A stretch of 64,000 bases of DNA from Macrostomum hystrix (taxonomy: Eukaryota; Animalia; Platyhelminthes), in contig CATNEN010000007.1 in assembly GCA_950097015.1 (NCBI GenBank), positions 5,084,001 through 5,148,000 of the forward strand. Direction: 5' to 3'. Positions 12,790-25,600 of this stretch are shown piece after piece (within the stretch, counting starts at the first letter, position 1; every line of letters begins with the position of its first letter). The position numbers and the translations under genes were made by a program. Below the pieces are notes generated by a model that ran no database searches, was not told the DNA's origin, and saw only the letters and a program-made list of their open reading frames with translations.

Positions 12790-13057
12790 ACCCACTCTCT
12801 CCTTCTCTCCCCTTCTCTCCCCTTCTCTCTCCTTCTCTCTCCTTCTCTCTCCTTCTCTCCCCTTCTCTCTCCTTCTCTCTCCTTCTCTCTCCTTCTCTCC
12901 CCTTCTCTCTCCTTCTCTCTCCCCTTCTCTCCCCTTCTCTCTCCTTCTCTCCCCTTCTCTCTCCTTCTCTCTCCTTCTCTCTCCCATTCTCTCTCCTTCT
13001 CTCCCCTTCTCTCTCCTTCTCTCTCCTTCTCTCTCCTTCTCTCTCCTTCTCTCTCTC
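12790..13057 (+). repeat. CT-rich 10-12-bp simple repeat
   Basis: (CTCTCCTTCT)n-like tract. Confidence 0.9.
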
Positions 13058-13504
13058 TAAATTCAGAGTTAGTTTATAAAATTGTACATACAACAAATAT
13101 CAATAGGAGTCTGAAAACAGGAGCAAGACCCGAAATCCCCCTATCAATCAGCCTGATGGCCTATGATTAAATTTTGCTTACATTCGTTTTGATATTTTCT
13201 GCACTTTAACACAAATTGTGGTTATGCAATGGATAAACTGCAAAGACAATAACAATTATGCACAGCTTCATCAATAAATCATTGTGGATGATCTATACGC
13301 GATTAATTATCGAAAAATTATCCAAACACACTTGTCTTCTTTCCTTTATTTACCCATGCGCTGACTAATACTCGCAGTAGAGTAAACGGAATTACTTTTC
13401 TTTTCATTGTAAAGAATTTTTACAGATTTTACAGAACAACGAAATGGAACCACCTTTTTAATTATTGATTACACCTGAAAGCCAAGGAGAAAGAGAGAGC
13501 GCGA

Positions 13505-14095
13505 AGGGAGCTTGACTCTTCTCCTATCCTCCTTTCTCCTCTACTCCCCTCTCCTCTACTCCCTTCTCCTCTACTCCCTTCTCCTCTACTCCCTGCTCCT
13601 CTCCTCCTTTCTCCTCTAATCCTTTCTCCTCTACTCCTTTCTCCTCTACTCCCTTCTCCTCTACTCCCTTCTCCTCTTCTACCCTCTCCTCTTCTACCCT
13701 CTCCTCTCCTCCTTTCTCCTCTACTCCCTTTTCCTCTCCTCCTTTCTCCCCTCCTTTCTCCTCTACTCCCTTCTCCTCTTCTACCCTCTCCTCTCCTCCT
13801 TTCTTCTCTACTCCCTTTTCCTCTCCTCCTTTCTCCTCTACTCCTTTCTCCTCTACTCCCTTCTCCTATTCTAACCTCTCCTCTCCTCCTTTCTTCTCTA
13901 CTCCCTTTTCCTCTCCTCCTTTCTCCTCTACTCCTTTCTCCTCTACTCCCTTCTTCTCTACTCCTTTCTCCTCTACTCCTTTCTCCTCTACTCCCTTCTT
14001 CTCTACTCCTTTCTCCTCTTGTACCCTCTCCTCTTGTACCCTCTCCTATTCTCCCCTCTCCTCTTCTCCCCACCCCTCTTCTCCTTTCTCCCCTT
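13505..14095 (+). repeat. 15-bp pyrimidine-rich minisatellite (CTCCTCTACTCCTTT)
   Basis: Directly visible. Confidence 0.9.
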
Positions 14096-14614
14096 CACAA
14101 TATTTCGTCTTCTATCCTTTTTTGTATCTACTCACTTTGGAAAATTGAAAAACTGCAGAGAGCAAAAACGTATTCTCTCTTCTTTACTATGAGTAGTCTG
14201 CATGGTAGATTAGTGACGAAATCTATTTTGCGTGTTATCGTGCACGCTTTTGTCAATACATCTAATGACTGAGTATAATGTCACCTACACAATCTGATTT
14301 GGTCAGTCTGCGTGTTCAGCCCAGTCTCGCCTGGCGCTTCCTGATTGCGGCTGCAACAGGCTTTGCCAAATTCCCCACTGCTCACAGGGCGCTCAATTCA
14401 ATTATTTGTTTTTTTTAAGAGGCCACTAGCAATCTGCGCTGCGGGTTATGCAACGCAGGCGAATAACAAAGTTTGAGCCGCACTGCGAATGCCTAATGAA
14501 GAGGCAGAGAGAGACGGGCGAGAGAAATCAAGGAGGGAGCGAACGACAGAGAAAGGGAAGAAACGGAAGTGTTGGGGGGGCGAAAGTGAGAAAGCGACTG
14601 GCAGAAAGACTCGG

Positions 14615-14995
14615 GGGAGGCGGGTAGAGAAAGGACAGGCGGGTAGAGAAAGGAGAGGCGGGTAGAGATAGGACAGGCGGGTAGAGAAAGGAGAGGCGGG
14701 TAGAGATAGGAGAGGCGGGTAGAGATAGGACAGGCGGGTAGAGAAAGGAGAGGCGGGTAGAGATAGGAGAGGCGGGTAGAGATAGGACAGGCGGGTAGAG
14801 ATAGGAGAGGCGGGTAGAGAAAGGACAGGCGGGTAGAGATAGGAGAGGCGGGTAGAGATAGGAGAGGCGGGTAGAGATAGGAGAGGCGGGTAGAGATAGG
14901 AGAGGCGGGTAGAGATAGGAGAGGCGGGTAGAGATAGGACAGGCGGGTGGAGATAGGAGAGGCGGGTAGAGATAGAAGAGGCGGGTAGAGATTGG
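14615..14995 (+). repeat. 19-bp purine-rich minisatellite (GGCGGGTAGAGATAGGAGA)
   Basis: Directly visible, ~20 copies. Confidence 0.93.
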
Positions 14996-15789
14996 AGATG
15001 CTGGAATAATTGCCGGGAGGGTGGGTAGGAGGAGGGATGGTGATAGTAGCAAATCACGGGTAAAAATTCCTTTTAGATTTCTTTCGAAAGTCGGCTTAAT
15101 GTCAATTAAATATCTCTGGAAAGTTTTTATGACGCTGCCAAGCATTTTTCCACATTGCTTGAAGATTTTTGGTGTCAAATAAATTCCTATATCAGATTTA
15201 CAGTAATCAGATTTTCCCCCGAGACCACACGCAATGATCTATTGTTAAAATCAAGCAGTTCACACAGACAATAGGAAACACTGCAGACCCATGAATCCCT
15301 TACCTATCGACCTCGTGACCCTACAGCATACAATGACTCCGGTGGAACAGCTTGACACACTTGACCTCGACAAAGTTTCAATCCGTTTAAAGACAGTGGA
15401 GAATTTCAGATGTTATCTAAGGTAGAACAGCTGCACAACAAATCACTGATGCCAGATTCGAGCCACACAATTGTTGGCTGAATGACACAACAGACAGATC
15501 TGCGGAAACACCAATAATAGTTTTTAATTGTTATTACGCTCGTACTATAAAAAGATACAAATAACTTGTAGAAAACTGATTATTTAAACAGACGGTGCAG
15601 AGATTGCTTGTGACAATTGCTAGTTAGGATTTCTTGTAGCAAACCAATTAATGAGCCTTAATAGTGCGAAATTTCTATTCGATACTGCACAAAACGATAC
15701 AAATGACTATACACGAGATTTATAAACAAATTGACGGAACTGAAATGACAATTTTAATGATAAAATTCACGATTGAAAATTGGCGGGCA

Positions 15790-16602
15790 TCCTGTTTCTC
15801 ATTCTGTTTCTCATTCTGTTTCTCATTCTGTTTCTCATTCTGTTTCTCATTCTGTTTCTCACTCTGTTTCTCACTCTGTTTCTCATTCTGTTTCTCATTC
15901 TATTTCTCACTCTGTTTCTCATTCAGTTTCTCATTCTATTTCTCATTCAGTTTCTCATTCTGTTTCTCATTCTGTTTCTCACTCTGTTTCTCACTCTGTT
16001 TCTCATTCTGTTTCTCATTCTGTTTCTCATTCTGTTTCTCATTCTGTTTCTCATTCTGTTTCTCATCCTGTTTCTCATTCTGTTTCTCATTCTGTTTCTC
16101 ATCCTGTTTCTCATTCTGTTTCTCATTCTGTTTCTCATTCTGTTTCTCATTCTGTTTCTCATTCTGTTTCTCATTCTGTTTCTCATTCTGTTTCTCATCC
16201 TGTTTCTCATTCTGTTTCTCATTCAGTTTCTCATTCAGTTTCTCATTCTGTTTCTCATCCTGTTTCTCATTCTGTTTCTCATTCTGTTTCTCATTCTGTT
16301 TCTCACTCTGTTTCTCACTCTGTTTCTCATTCTGTTTCTCATTCTGTTTCTCATCCTGTTTCTCATTCTGTTTCTCATTCTATTTTTCATTCTGTTTCTC
16401 GTTCTGTTTCTCATTCTGTTTCTTATTCAGTTTCTCGTTCTGTTTATCACCTTGTTTCTCACTCTGTTTCTCATTCTGTTTATCATTCTGTTTCTCATTC
16501 TATTTTTCATTCTGTTTCTCGTTCTGTTTCTCATTCTGTTTCTTGTTCAGTTTCTCGTTCTGTTTATCACCCTGTTTCTCACTCTGTTTCTCATTCTGTT
16601 TC
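15790..16602 (+). repeat. 12-bp minisatellite (TTCTGTTTCTCA)
   Basis: Directly visible. Ends <90 bp from the APCDD1-like stop codon. Confidence 0.95.
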
Positions 16603-16688
16603 GCATTCAATATAGCTCCTATAGCTCCTGACCTTTCCAAGAAAAGAAAATGCTGTTTTTGAATATCGAGACTTTTAGAGCAGTTGTA

Positions 16689-19600
16689 TCACAAAATCAA
16701 AACTGGAAGGTCAAGCCTCAGAAGCAGCAGCAGCAGCAGCAACCGCGGCAGCCACTGATGCCACCCAGCTGTGGCATTCAGCCAGACGCTTGAAGCAGCT
16801 GCAGATCTCGCCGCCTCAGGTGTCAGCGACGCCTCTGATCTCGGCGGCTGCTGCATCCTTGGCCGAGGAAACTCGCGACAGCGAACTAACGGCGCCTGGA
16901 AACTCGTCGGCCGACGAATCGTCGAGCTGATGCCGACGCTGTTGGCGATGGCGCCGACCCAGAGCAGCATCCGGCCGCCGTCAAGGAGTTCCTCGCTCAT
17001 CACCTGCTCGCTGGTTGTTGGCACCTGGCAGAGAGGGCAGAGGGAGAGCTCTGCCATTCTGTCACTCTGCCATTCTGTCACTCTGCCATTCTGTCACTCT
17101 GCCATTCTGTCACTCTGCCATTCTGTCACTCTGCCATTCTGTCATGTCACTCTGCCATTCTGTCACTCTGCCATTCTGTCATGTCACTCTGCCATTCTGT
17201 CACTCTGCCATTCTGTCACTCTGCCATTCTGCCACTCTGCCATTCTGTCACTCTGCCATTCTGTCACTCTGCCATTCTGTCATGTCACTCTGCCATTCTG
17301 TCACTCTGCCATTCTGTCACTCTGCCATTCTGTCACTCTGCCATTCTGTCACTCTGCCATTCTGTCACTCTGCCATTCTGTCACTCTGCCATTCTGTCAC
17401 TCTGCCATTCTGTCACTCTGCCATTCTGTCACTCTGCCATTCTGTCACTCTGCCATTCTGTCACTCTGCCATTCTGTCACTCTGCCATTCTGTCATGTCA
17501 CTCTGCCATTCTGTCACTCTGCCATTCTGTCATGTCACTCTGCCATTCTGTCACTCTGCCATTCTGTCACTCTGCCATTCTGTCACTCTGCCATTCTGTC
17601 ACTCTGCCATTCTGTCACTCTGCCATTCTGTCACTCTGCCATTCTGTCACTCTGCCATTCTGTCACTCTGCCATTCTGTCATGTCACTCTGCCATTCTGT
17701 CACTCTGCCATTCTGTCACTCTGCCATTCTGACCACGGTCCCAGTTATCCCCTACCTGCAGCCGGAAGTGGTCGCAGCCATTGGTGCTAGTGACGTCCTG
17801 GGCTCGATTCAACCGCCAGGCGTCCCGCCTGCCGCATCCGAAGCCATCGTTGGCTGTCAGCTGGTTGAGGCTGCGAGCATCTCTAGGCGTGATGGCCAAG
17901 CCGACGATGCGGAAGTCGAACTGGCGCGCAGCCGGCACGAGGGGGTCGCGAGCCAGCGCGCTCACCCAGCCGTAGGCGGTGACGCTGAAGTACGGCCTGC
18001 GGCACAACGGGTCGTGGAAGTGGTGGTACTCCCCAGTCCAAGTGGAGGCCTTCGAGGCGTTGCTGGGGGGTTGAAAGAGCAGCCGGCGGGTTAGGTAGTT
18101 GCTCTGCGGCCGGCTCTCACAGCGGGTGGAGATCCACTCGCCGATGGGGCTTCCTCGAGGCGCCAGCAGGGCGCGCCAAGACAGCAGCGGCGGCCGCTTC
18201 AGGCTGGCCCGGGCGATGCGTCGGCAGGCGCGGCAGTCGGTGGCCGCCTGCGGTTGCAGTTTCGGATTTTCACAATTTGTTTCATTATTGACGATTTTTT
18301 TTCCATTTTTTCGTTGGTTACTACTTTAGCTTTACAAAAAGATTCCTTAGTTACCAAAATATCTTTCGTAATCGGAAGTTGATAAGAGAAATCTAAGCAT
18401 ATTGAATCGAAGGCAGGTTAAATTAGTTCTGTTTTGATAATTACTTTTTCTGGAACATAATTAAAACAGAACAATTTTCAAACCGGTGCCATTTTCGCGA
18501 ATCGTTGTCATTTTCAAATCGGTGGTCTCCTTTTTTAAATCGGTACCATCTATTACGTCGGTGCCAAAATCTGTGCTTTTTCAAATCGGTACTGTTCTCA
18601 AATCAGTGCCACTTTTCTAAATCGGTGTCATTTTTAGAATAGAAGACATTTTTCAAATCATAGCCACTTTTAAAATCGGCGCCATTTTTCAAAAAAGTGC
18701 AATTTTTCAAATCGATGCCATTTTTTAAATTGGTGCCTTGTTTTTTTTAATCTGTGCCTTGTTTTTTTAAGTCGGTGCCGTTTTTCAAATCGGTGCCACT
18801 TTTATTCGCTGCCTTTCACCAATATTAAATTAATTAAAGATTTCCCAGAATCTGACCTCCGCATCCACCAGCGGTTCCTGGAAACTTGACGGCCTGTGCC
18901 GATGCCGCTCCTCGAAATTCGTAGCCAGATCGCCCAGGAACAGCCGGCGACGTCGGTGCGGGCTGCGGCTGCGGCTGTCTCGATCGTCGCCCAGCAGCTC
19001 GGAGCGTATGAGCTGCATCTCGTGCAGGTTGAAGCCCAGCCGTCTGGTGCAGTCGAAGTCCCGCATGACGCGGCCTCTGTACTCCACGAACAGCAGCAGG
19101 TGGTAGGGGCCACCGGAGGGGCTCCAGTCGGCTCTGGACGGCTGCCGCAGACGCTCGCTGCATTCGCCATCTCCGGCGGCAGCCTTCGCCTGAAGGTATC
19201 TGGCTGCCTCGACGGTGTAGGGCATCACCGTTACCTGCGTGTGGGATTAAAAAGCATAGATTTATTCGAAAAATATTTGGCATTTTAGGATTGAAGATTC
19301 GGGATGACTTTTTGGGATAATCTAAAAGTTGCAAGGGATAATGATTGCTTGGGATAGTCGGATGATTTTTGGGGAAAATCTGAAGATAGTTTGGGATAAT
19401 CTGATGATTGATTGTGATAATCCGAATATTTTTGGGAATAATCTGAAGACTTTTTGGGATAATCTGATGATCGTTTGGGATAATCTGCTTATTGTTTGGC
19501 ATGTTCTACTCAGTTTTTGGGATAATCGGAATATTCTTTTGTGTCATCTGAAGACTGTTTGTTGTTAATCTAAATCTTTTTTTATTGATACTGTCATTAG

Positions 19601-22600
19601 ATTTAGTCCTCGAAATAAGTAACGACTTCAATGAGATTCATCAGCTGATTGATGATTGAATATTTTAACAAAATATTTCCAAGGCCAAAATAACTTCCGC
19701 TAGTAAAAGTACCCGCGCAGACTTTCAGGTCAAAGGCTGTAAAAATGCTTTTAAGTAGCAAACAAGCAAGCTTTAATCAGTGCCCGGCGCTTTCACTTAA
19801 TGAACAGACCGCTGAAATCAAAGGCAGCCACTGATGTTGAACTCCGCACATAAACCTGCTTCCAAATCCACACGAACGCATTCTGACTAGCTTTGAACTT
19901 TAACTCTAATTTACTGAAAGAAAATTAATTAAAACATTCAATCCTTTTCCTACTTGCTGAGTAATCTGGGTAACTTTCAGTACCAAAAATGAGTCAGTCG
20001 GAATGCTGCTTGGCAACAACTATTGACTGCTCTCTACTCACTGCTGCTGCTGCTAAAAAGTTACTATTTAATCAATCCAAAGTTGTTAACAATGATAGCC
20101 GACACGATTACACGATATAATTTTGTGAGCAGAAAAAAATGAAGCCTTTTTTGTGGTTCTTGTTTTGTAATTCTAGAAGTTGTTTCATCGTGTGGAAAAT
20201 TCAAACCTTTAGTCTAAGTATTTATGGCGATTGGTTGAATATTTTGGAAGATACAGAAAAAAAGAAAAATGCGGGAATTTGAAGTACCCAGGGTCCTTCT
20301 ACTGTTTGCGTGTGGGACTTACAGCAATTAGGCAAATGTACACAGGATCCTGGCCTCACCTGCAGCAGCATTGGCGGTCTGAACAGCTCGAAGGCCGAAG
20401 TTCGCCAGCCGAGGAGGCCGGGGCCCATGGAGTTGCCATCGACCTTCAGGTAGCCCCTGGCATCCAGGCCATAGAAGGGGTCCGTGCAGCTACTGTCCGT
20501 GTAATAGAACTGCAGCGCGCTGAAGTGGGTGTCGTTGCTGAACTGGTAGCGGCGGGCCACGTACTCTGGGCCGGGCCGGGTCTCGCAGCTGTGAGAGAAC
20601 AAATGAGGAACCATTTTCTATCAATTCTACCAGCATTCAATTCCTCCCTCCCACCCCACCCCATTCTACCCTTCAGGTCTCTCCCACTCCGTTCTACCCT
20701 TCCGTTCTCTCCTACCCCACTCCGTTTTACCCTTCAGTTCTCTCCCACCCCACTCCGTTCTACCCTTCAGTTCTCTCCCACGACACTCCGTTCTACCCTT
20801 CCGTTCTCTCCTACCACACTCCGTTCTACCCTTCAGTTCTCTCCCACCCCACTCCGTTCTAACCTTCCGTTCTCTCCCACCCCACTCTTTTCTACCCTTC
20901 AGTTCTCTCCCACCCCACTCCGTTTTACCCTTCAGTTCTCTCCCACCCCACTCCGTTCTACCCTTCCGTTCTCTCCCACCCCACTCCGTTCTACCCTTTC
21001 ATTCTGTCCCACCCCACTCCATTCTACCCTTTAGGTTTCTCCCCTACCACACTCCGTTCTACCCGTCAGTTCTCTCCCACCCCACTCCGTTCTACCCTTC
21101 AGGTTAATCCCACCCCACTCCGTTTTACCCTTCAGTTCTCTCCCACTCGTTCTACCCTTCAGGTCTCTCCACCCCACTCCGTTCTACCCTTCAGGTCTCT
21201 CCACCCCACTCCGTTCTACCCTTTCATTCTCTCCCACCCCACTCCGTTCTACCCTTTCATTCTCTCCCACCCCACTCCGTTCTACTCTTTAGGTTTCTCC
21301 CACCCCACTCCGTTTTACCCTTCAGTTGTCTCTCACCCGCTCCGTTCTACCCCTCAGGTCTCTCCCACCCCTTTCCGTTTTTCACTTCAGTTCTATCTCT
21401 AGATACAATTGTTTTAAATAGAATCTACAACTAAAGTTTACTAAGTATGAAAAGTTAAAAACTTCAAAAGCGGAATTAAGAGCACGGGACAATTTCTTGT
21501 TAGGAAATTTATCCCAAAAGATAGAGTTTGCAAGTTTGGAGGAAGAGAGAGGAGTGCCAGTTCGCGAAAATTGGGCAAGCGATGTGACATGGCAACAAGG
21601 GAATCTGGAGTGCAAGAGGAAAGGAAACTGGTAGGGAAAAGATGGGACAACACTTGCCTCGGAAAGTTTCAGCGCAGACAGCGCAGCTTTGCGCCTCCTT
21701 CGCTCCAAGTGTTCCGCCATTCATATCCCAACCCCAGAACATCCGATTCGGCTGAATCCGAGTGTGGCGCTGGAATCGAATCCTCGGTGCAGCTGCGACA
21801 TTTTGTCTGTCACACAAGCCCCTTCATTTTGCAATATACTGCACCGGAGATAAGACTTATAAACGGCCGTATAGAGAGGCCGTGAGGAATGAGGGATTCT
21901 GTGATGATGATGACGCACCTGGATCTGGTAGGGGACAATTTCCCTAACCCACCTCCCCAGCCAAGTAGAAACCAGTCAACTTATTAAAGTATATTGTTTT
22001 CAATCATATTCATTAATTTCATCTGAACAGTCGATTACAGTGTTTGTTTGACAATTGAACATGAAAACTTCAGATTTGGGAAATAAATTTGCCAATCTGA
22101 AGCTGAATGAATGATAGAGGGGAGGTCAGCTGATCAGCCTGGCTAGCAGATCTAGCAGAAAGCAAATCTGTGTTGCACCTTGTTGACTCAGCCACTGGCA
22201 TCCATTATGAATGAGCTGACAGCAATGAATAGCGTGTCGGGGCATGGGGGAACTCAAGGCCTCTGTCCGAAATCTCGACCACAGAATCCGCAGGACCCCA
22301 TGCGATGGTAGAAAATTTCAACAAAAATATCAGGCAAAATGGTCGATACACCACCCGGCATGCCTGAGTCCGCAGGCTGATACTCAATGCCAATTTTTGT
22401 CCGGAATGAAAAAGCTAGCGATATTGATATCGCCTGCTCAGCTGATGCATCTAGGCCCGAGAGACACCGGCAGATTTAGTGAGGCCTGAAGCTAATGAGG
22501 CTGGCAATAAAGTGTACCGAGATCCATTTGGGCGATGGGGGGACGCATTAGGCGATTGTACCACGAGAACAAATAAATGGGACATCAATGAGGAGAAAGT

Positions 22601-25600
22601 GGAATAGAGTGGATAAAAAGATGAGCTCTGATGGAATGGACTCTGCCACACTCCTGTATCCTGCTCAGCGGCCTCTTTTCATTAATCTCCCTGGCTGCGC
22701 CTCCATCCTTTCCCTCTCTTTCTGTTTCCACAGTGTGATCTCTTTCCTTATCCTCTCCACTACTCTCGCAATCTTACCGCTCACGTCTCAATTCTCTCCC
22801 CCTCATCTTTCCCTCCTCTCCCCTCGACTCTTCGTCCTCTCTCCCCTCGACTCTCCGTCCTCTCTCCCCTCGACTCTCCGTCCTCTCTCCCCTCGTCTCT
22901 CCATCCTCTCTCCCCTCGTCTCTCCATCCTCTCTCCCCTCGTCTCTCCATCCTCTCTCCCCTCGACTCTCCGTCCTCTCTCCCCTCGTCTCTCCATCCTC
23001 TCTCCCCTCGTCTCTCCATCCTCTCTCCCCTCGTCTCTCCATCCTCTCTCCCCTCGTCTCTCCACCCTCTCTCCCCCCGTCTCTCCATCCTCTCTCCCCT
23101 CGTCTCTCCATCCTCTCTCCCCTCGTCTCTCCACCCTCTCTCCCCCCGTCTCTCCATCCTCTCTCCCCCCGTCTCTCCATCCTCTCTCCCCTCGTCTCTC
23201 CATCCTCTCTACCCTCGTCTCTCCATCCTCTCTCCCCTCGTCTCTCCGTCCTCTCTCCCCTCGTCTCTCCATCCTCTCCCTTCGACTCTCCGTCCTCTCT
23301 CCCCTCGTCTCTCCACCCTCTCTCCCCCCGTCTCTCCATCCTCTCTCCCCTCGTCTCTCCATCCTCTCCCCTCGACTCTCCGTCCTCTACCCCTAGTCTC
23401 CCCATCTCTCAGGGACTCTGCAGGCTTGCCCTGATGATGTCGGAGAAAAACAAAGACTAAAATGTGAAACCGTTAATGTAGCCGCCAACAATGGCATGTG
23501 TACACCAAGGCAGTAAATCAAACTTTAATAGAATGGATGGCACTTTTAGATTGCAAATCCGCAATTGCAAACCTCTCCGCTCCACCGAAAGCCAAAGAAA
23601 GAGAATGATTCGATTGGCGATAACAATCTTCTCGCCTTCTCTCGCATTCTAATTGCAAAGAGGCCATTCCTCAGGATTTATGACTTCCGCATCTTCCAGT
23701 TGTCCCACTCAGTCCTTTTATTAGTTGGGTGCCCCAACTGGGGGTGACTTGGGGACAAAAGCAGTCTGACCTGATTAAGCTGGGATTCGCAGGGTTTTTT
23801 GACGACTTCTTTGCTCCTCAAAAGGGATAATTCCTAGGATAATCGCGGAGATTGATGGGAATGAGTTCAAGTCATTAAAACAGGAAAAATTAAACTCACT
23901 ATAAGGTGTCGGAGCTGCATAAAGTGCTCAGGATTTAGTTGCTCAAACTGGAGACATTTATGTCAAATCCTCAACTCAATCCTTTTCTCTGCTAATCCTC
24001 GGCGTTGAGCTTTTTCATCCCTTTTGCCTCTCACCAACTCTCCATCTCTCCCTCACTGTCCATCTCTCCCTCACTGTCCATCACTCCCTCACTGTCCATC
24101 TCTCCCTCACTGTCCATCTCTCCCTCACTGTCCATCTCTCCCTCACTGTCCATCTCTCCCTCACTGTCCATCACTCCCTCACTGTCCATCTCTCCCTCAC
24201 TGTCCATCTCTCCGTCACTGTCCATCACTCCCTCACTGTCCATCTCTCCCTCACTGTCCATCTCTCCCTCACTGTCCATCACTCCCTCACTGTCCATCTG
24301 TCCCTCACTGTCCATCTCTCCCTCACTGTCCATCACTTCCTCACTGTCCATCTCTCCCTCACTGTCCATCTCTCCCTCACTGTCCATCACTCCCTCACTG
24401 TCCATCTGTCCCTCACTGTCCATCACTCCCTCACTGTCCATCTGTCCCTCACTGTCCATCTCTCCCTACTCAGTGCGTCCCTTTCCCACAGCAATCAGCA
24501 GCGAAGCAGCAAGGAAATGACATCCGCAGGCACTGACACCAGGCCTGGGGATTAATGGCAGGGTGGAGAGCGGAGAAGGCGGATAGCGACTGCAATCCCA
24601 GCGCAGAAAAAAATTTCATCTGGAGCTCTCCCGGGATTAATAACAGGCTGGCAGGCGAACTCGGGTGCTACTAGGTGAGGATCGGTCACCGGGGGGTGGA
24701 TGGGAACTGCCTTATTTGGCAACAAATAATCATTTTATACGCATGCAGATACTAATATTTGCGTGTGTATGCCGACTTTCCCAAGAAATTGCTGGCCACT
24801 CGGCTGCGAAAAGAAAGCAAAAACCATTTCTATCCCCCTTCCTGATCCACCCCCTGAGCCGCTTCCTTTCGCAGAAAATGCAACCGAGCTCCAGTGACAT
24901 TTCCTACTCCCTGTTCCAGTTTTTATCCTCAACACTCAACACACACACACACAAACACTCAACCTCGAATTTCGGCATGGACGAACCTTGGGCAAGAGAC
25001 GTTGTGAGTCATTCTGAACAGGATTAAAAATGAGTAGACTTTTAGGGATGCGGTGGGCTGATTTGGGATCTATTTCGTTACTGCTCCTTTTTGATCGCAA
25101 AACTGTTACTTTTCCTGTGGCTCTCAATCTCACTCAGGTCAATACAATTGCATCCTGCTTTTGCACTGCCTGCTTTGTTGTCTCTTCTATTTTGTTTGAC
25201 TTCAGATACACCAGCGTGATGAACTGTGGTCTACTTCCTCCCAACCCTCTGTCCACTCTCTCCCAACCCTCTGTCCACTCTCTCCAACCCTCTGTCCACT
25301 CTCTCCAACCCTCTGTCCACTCTCTCCAACCCTCTGTCCACTCTCTCCAACCCTCTGTCCACTCTCTCCAACCCTCTGTCCACTCTTTCCCAACCCTCTG
25401 TCCACTCTCTCCAACCCTCTGTCCACTCTCTCCAAACCCTCTGTCCACTCTCTCCAAACCCTCTGTCCACTCTCTCCAACCCTCTGTCCACTCTCTCCAA
25501 CCCTCTGTCCACTCTCTCCAACCCTCTGTCCACTCTCTCCAACCCTCTGTCCACTCTCTCCAACCCTCTGTCCACTCTCTCCCAACCCTCTGTACACTCT

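Noticed and set aside
19720-19825. TCF/LEF-like sites (ATCAAAG, GTCAAAG) in APCDD1 intron 2 as a Wnt feedback enhancer
   Set aside because: One or two 7-mers are expected by chance in this much sequence; cannot be supported without conservation or ChIP data.
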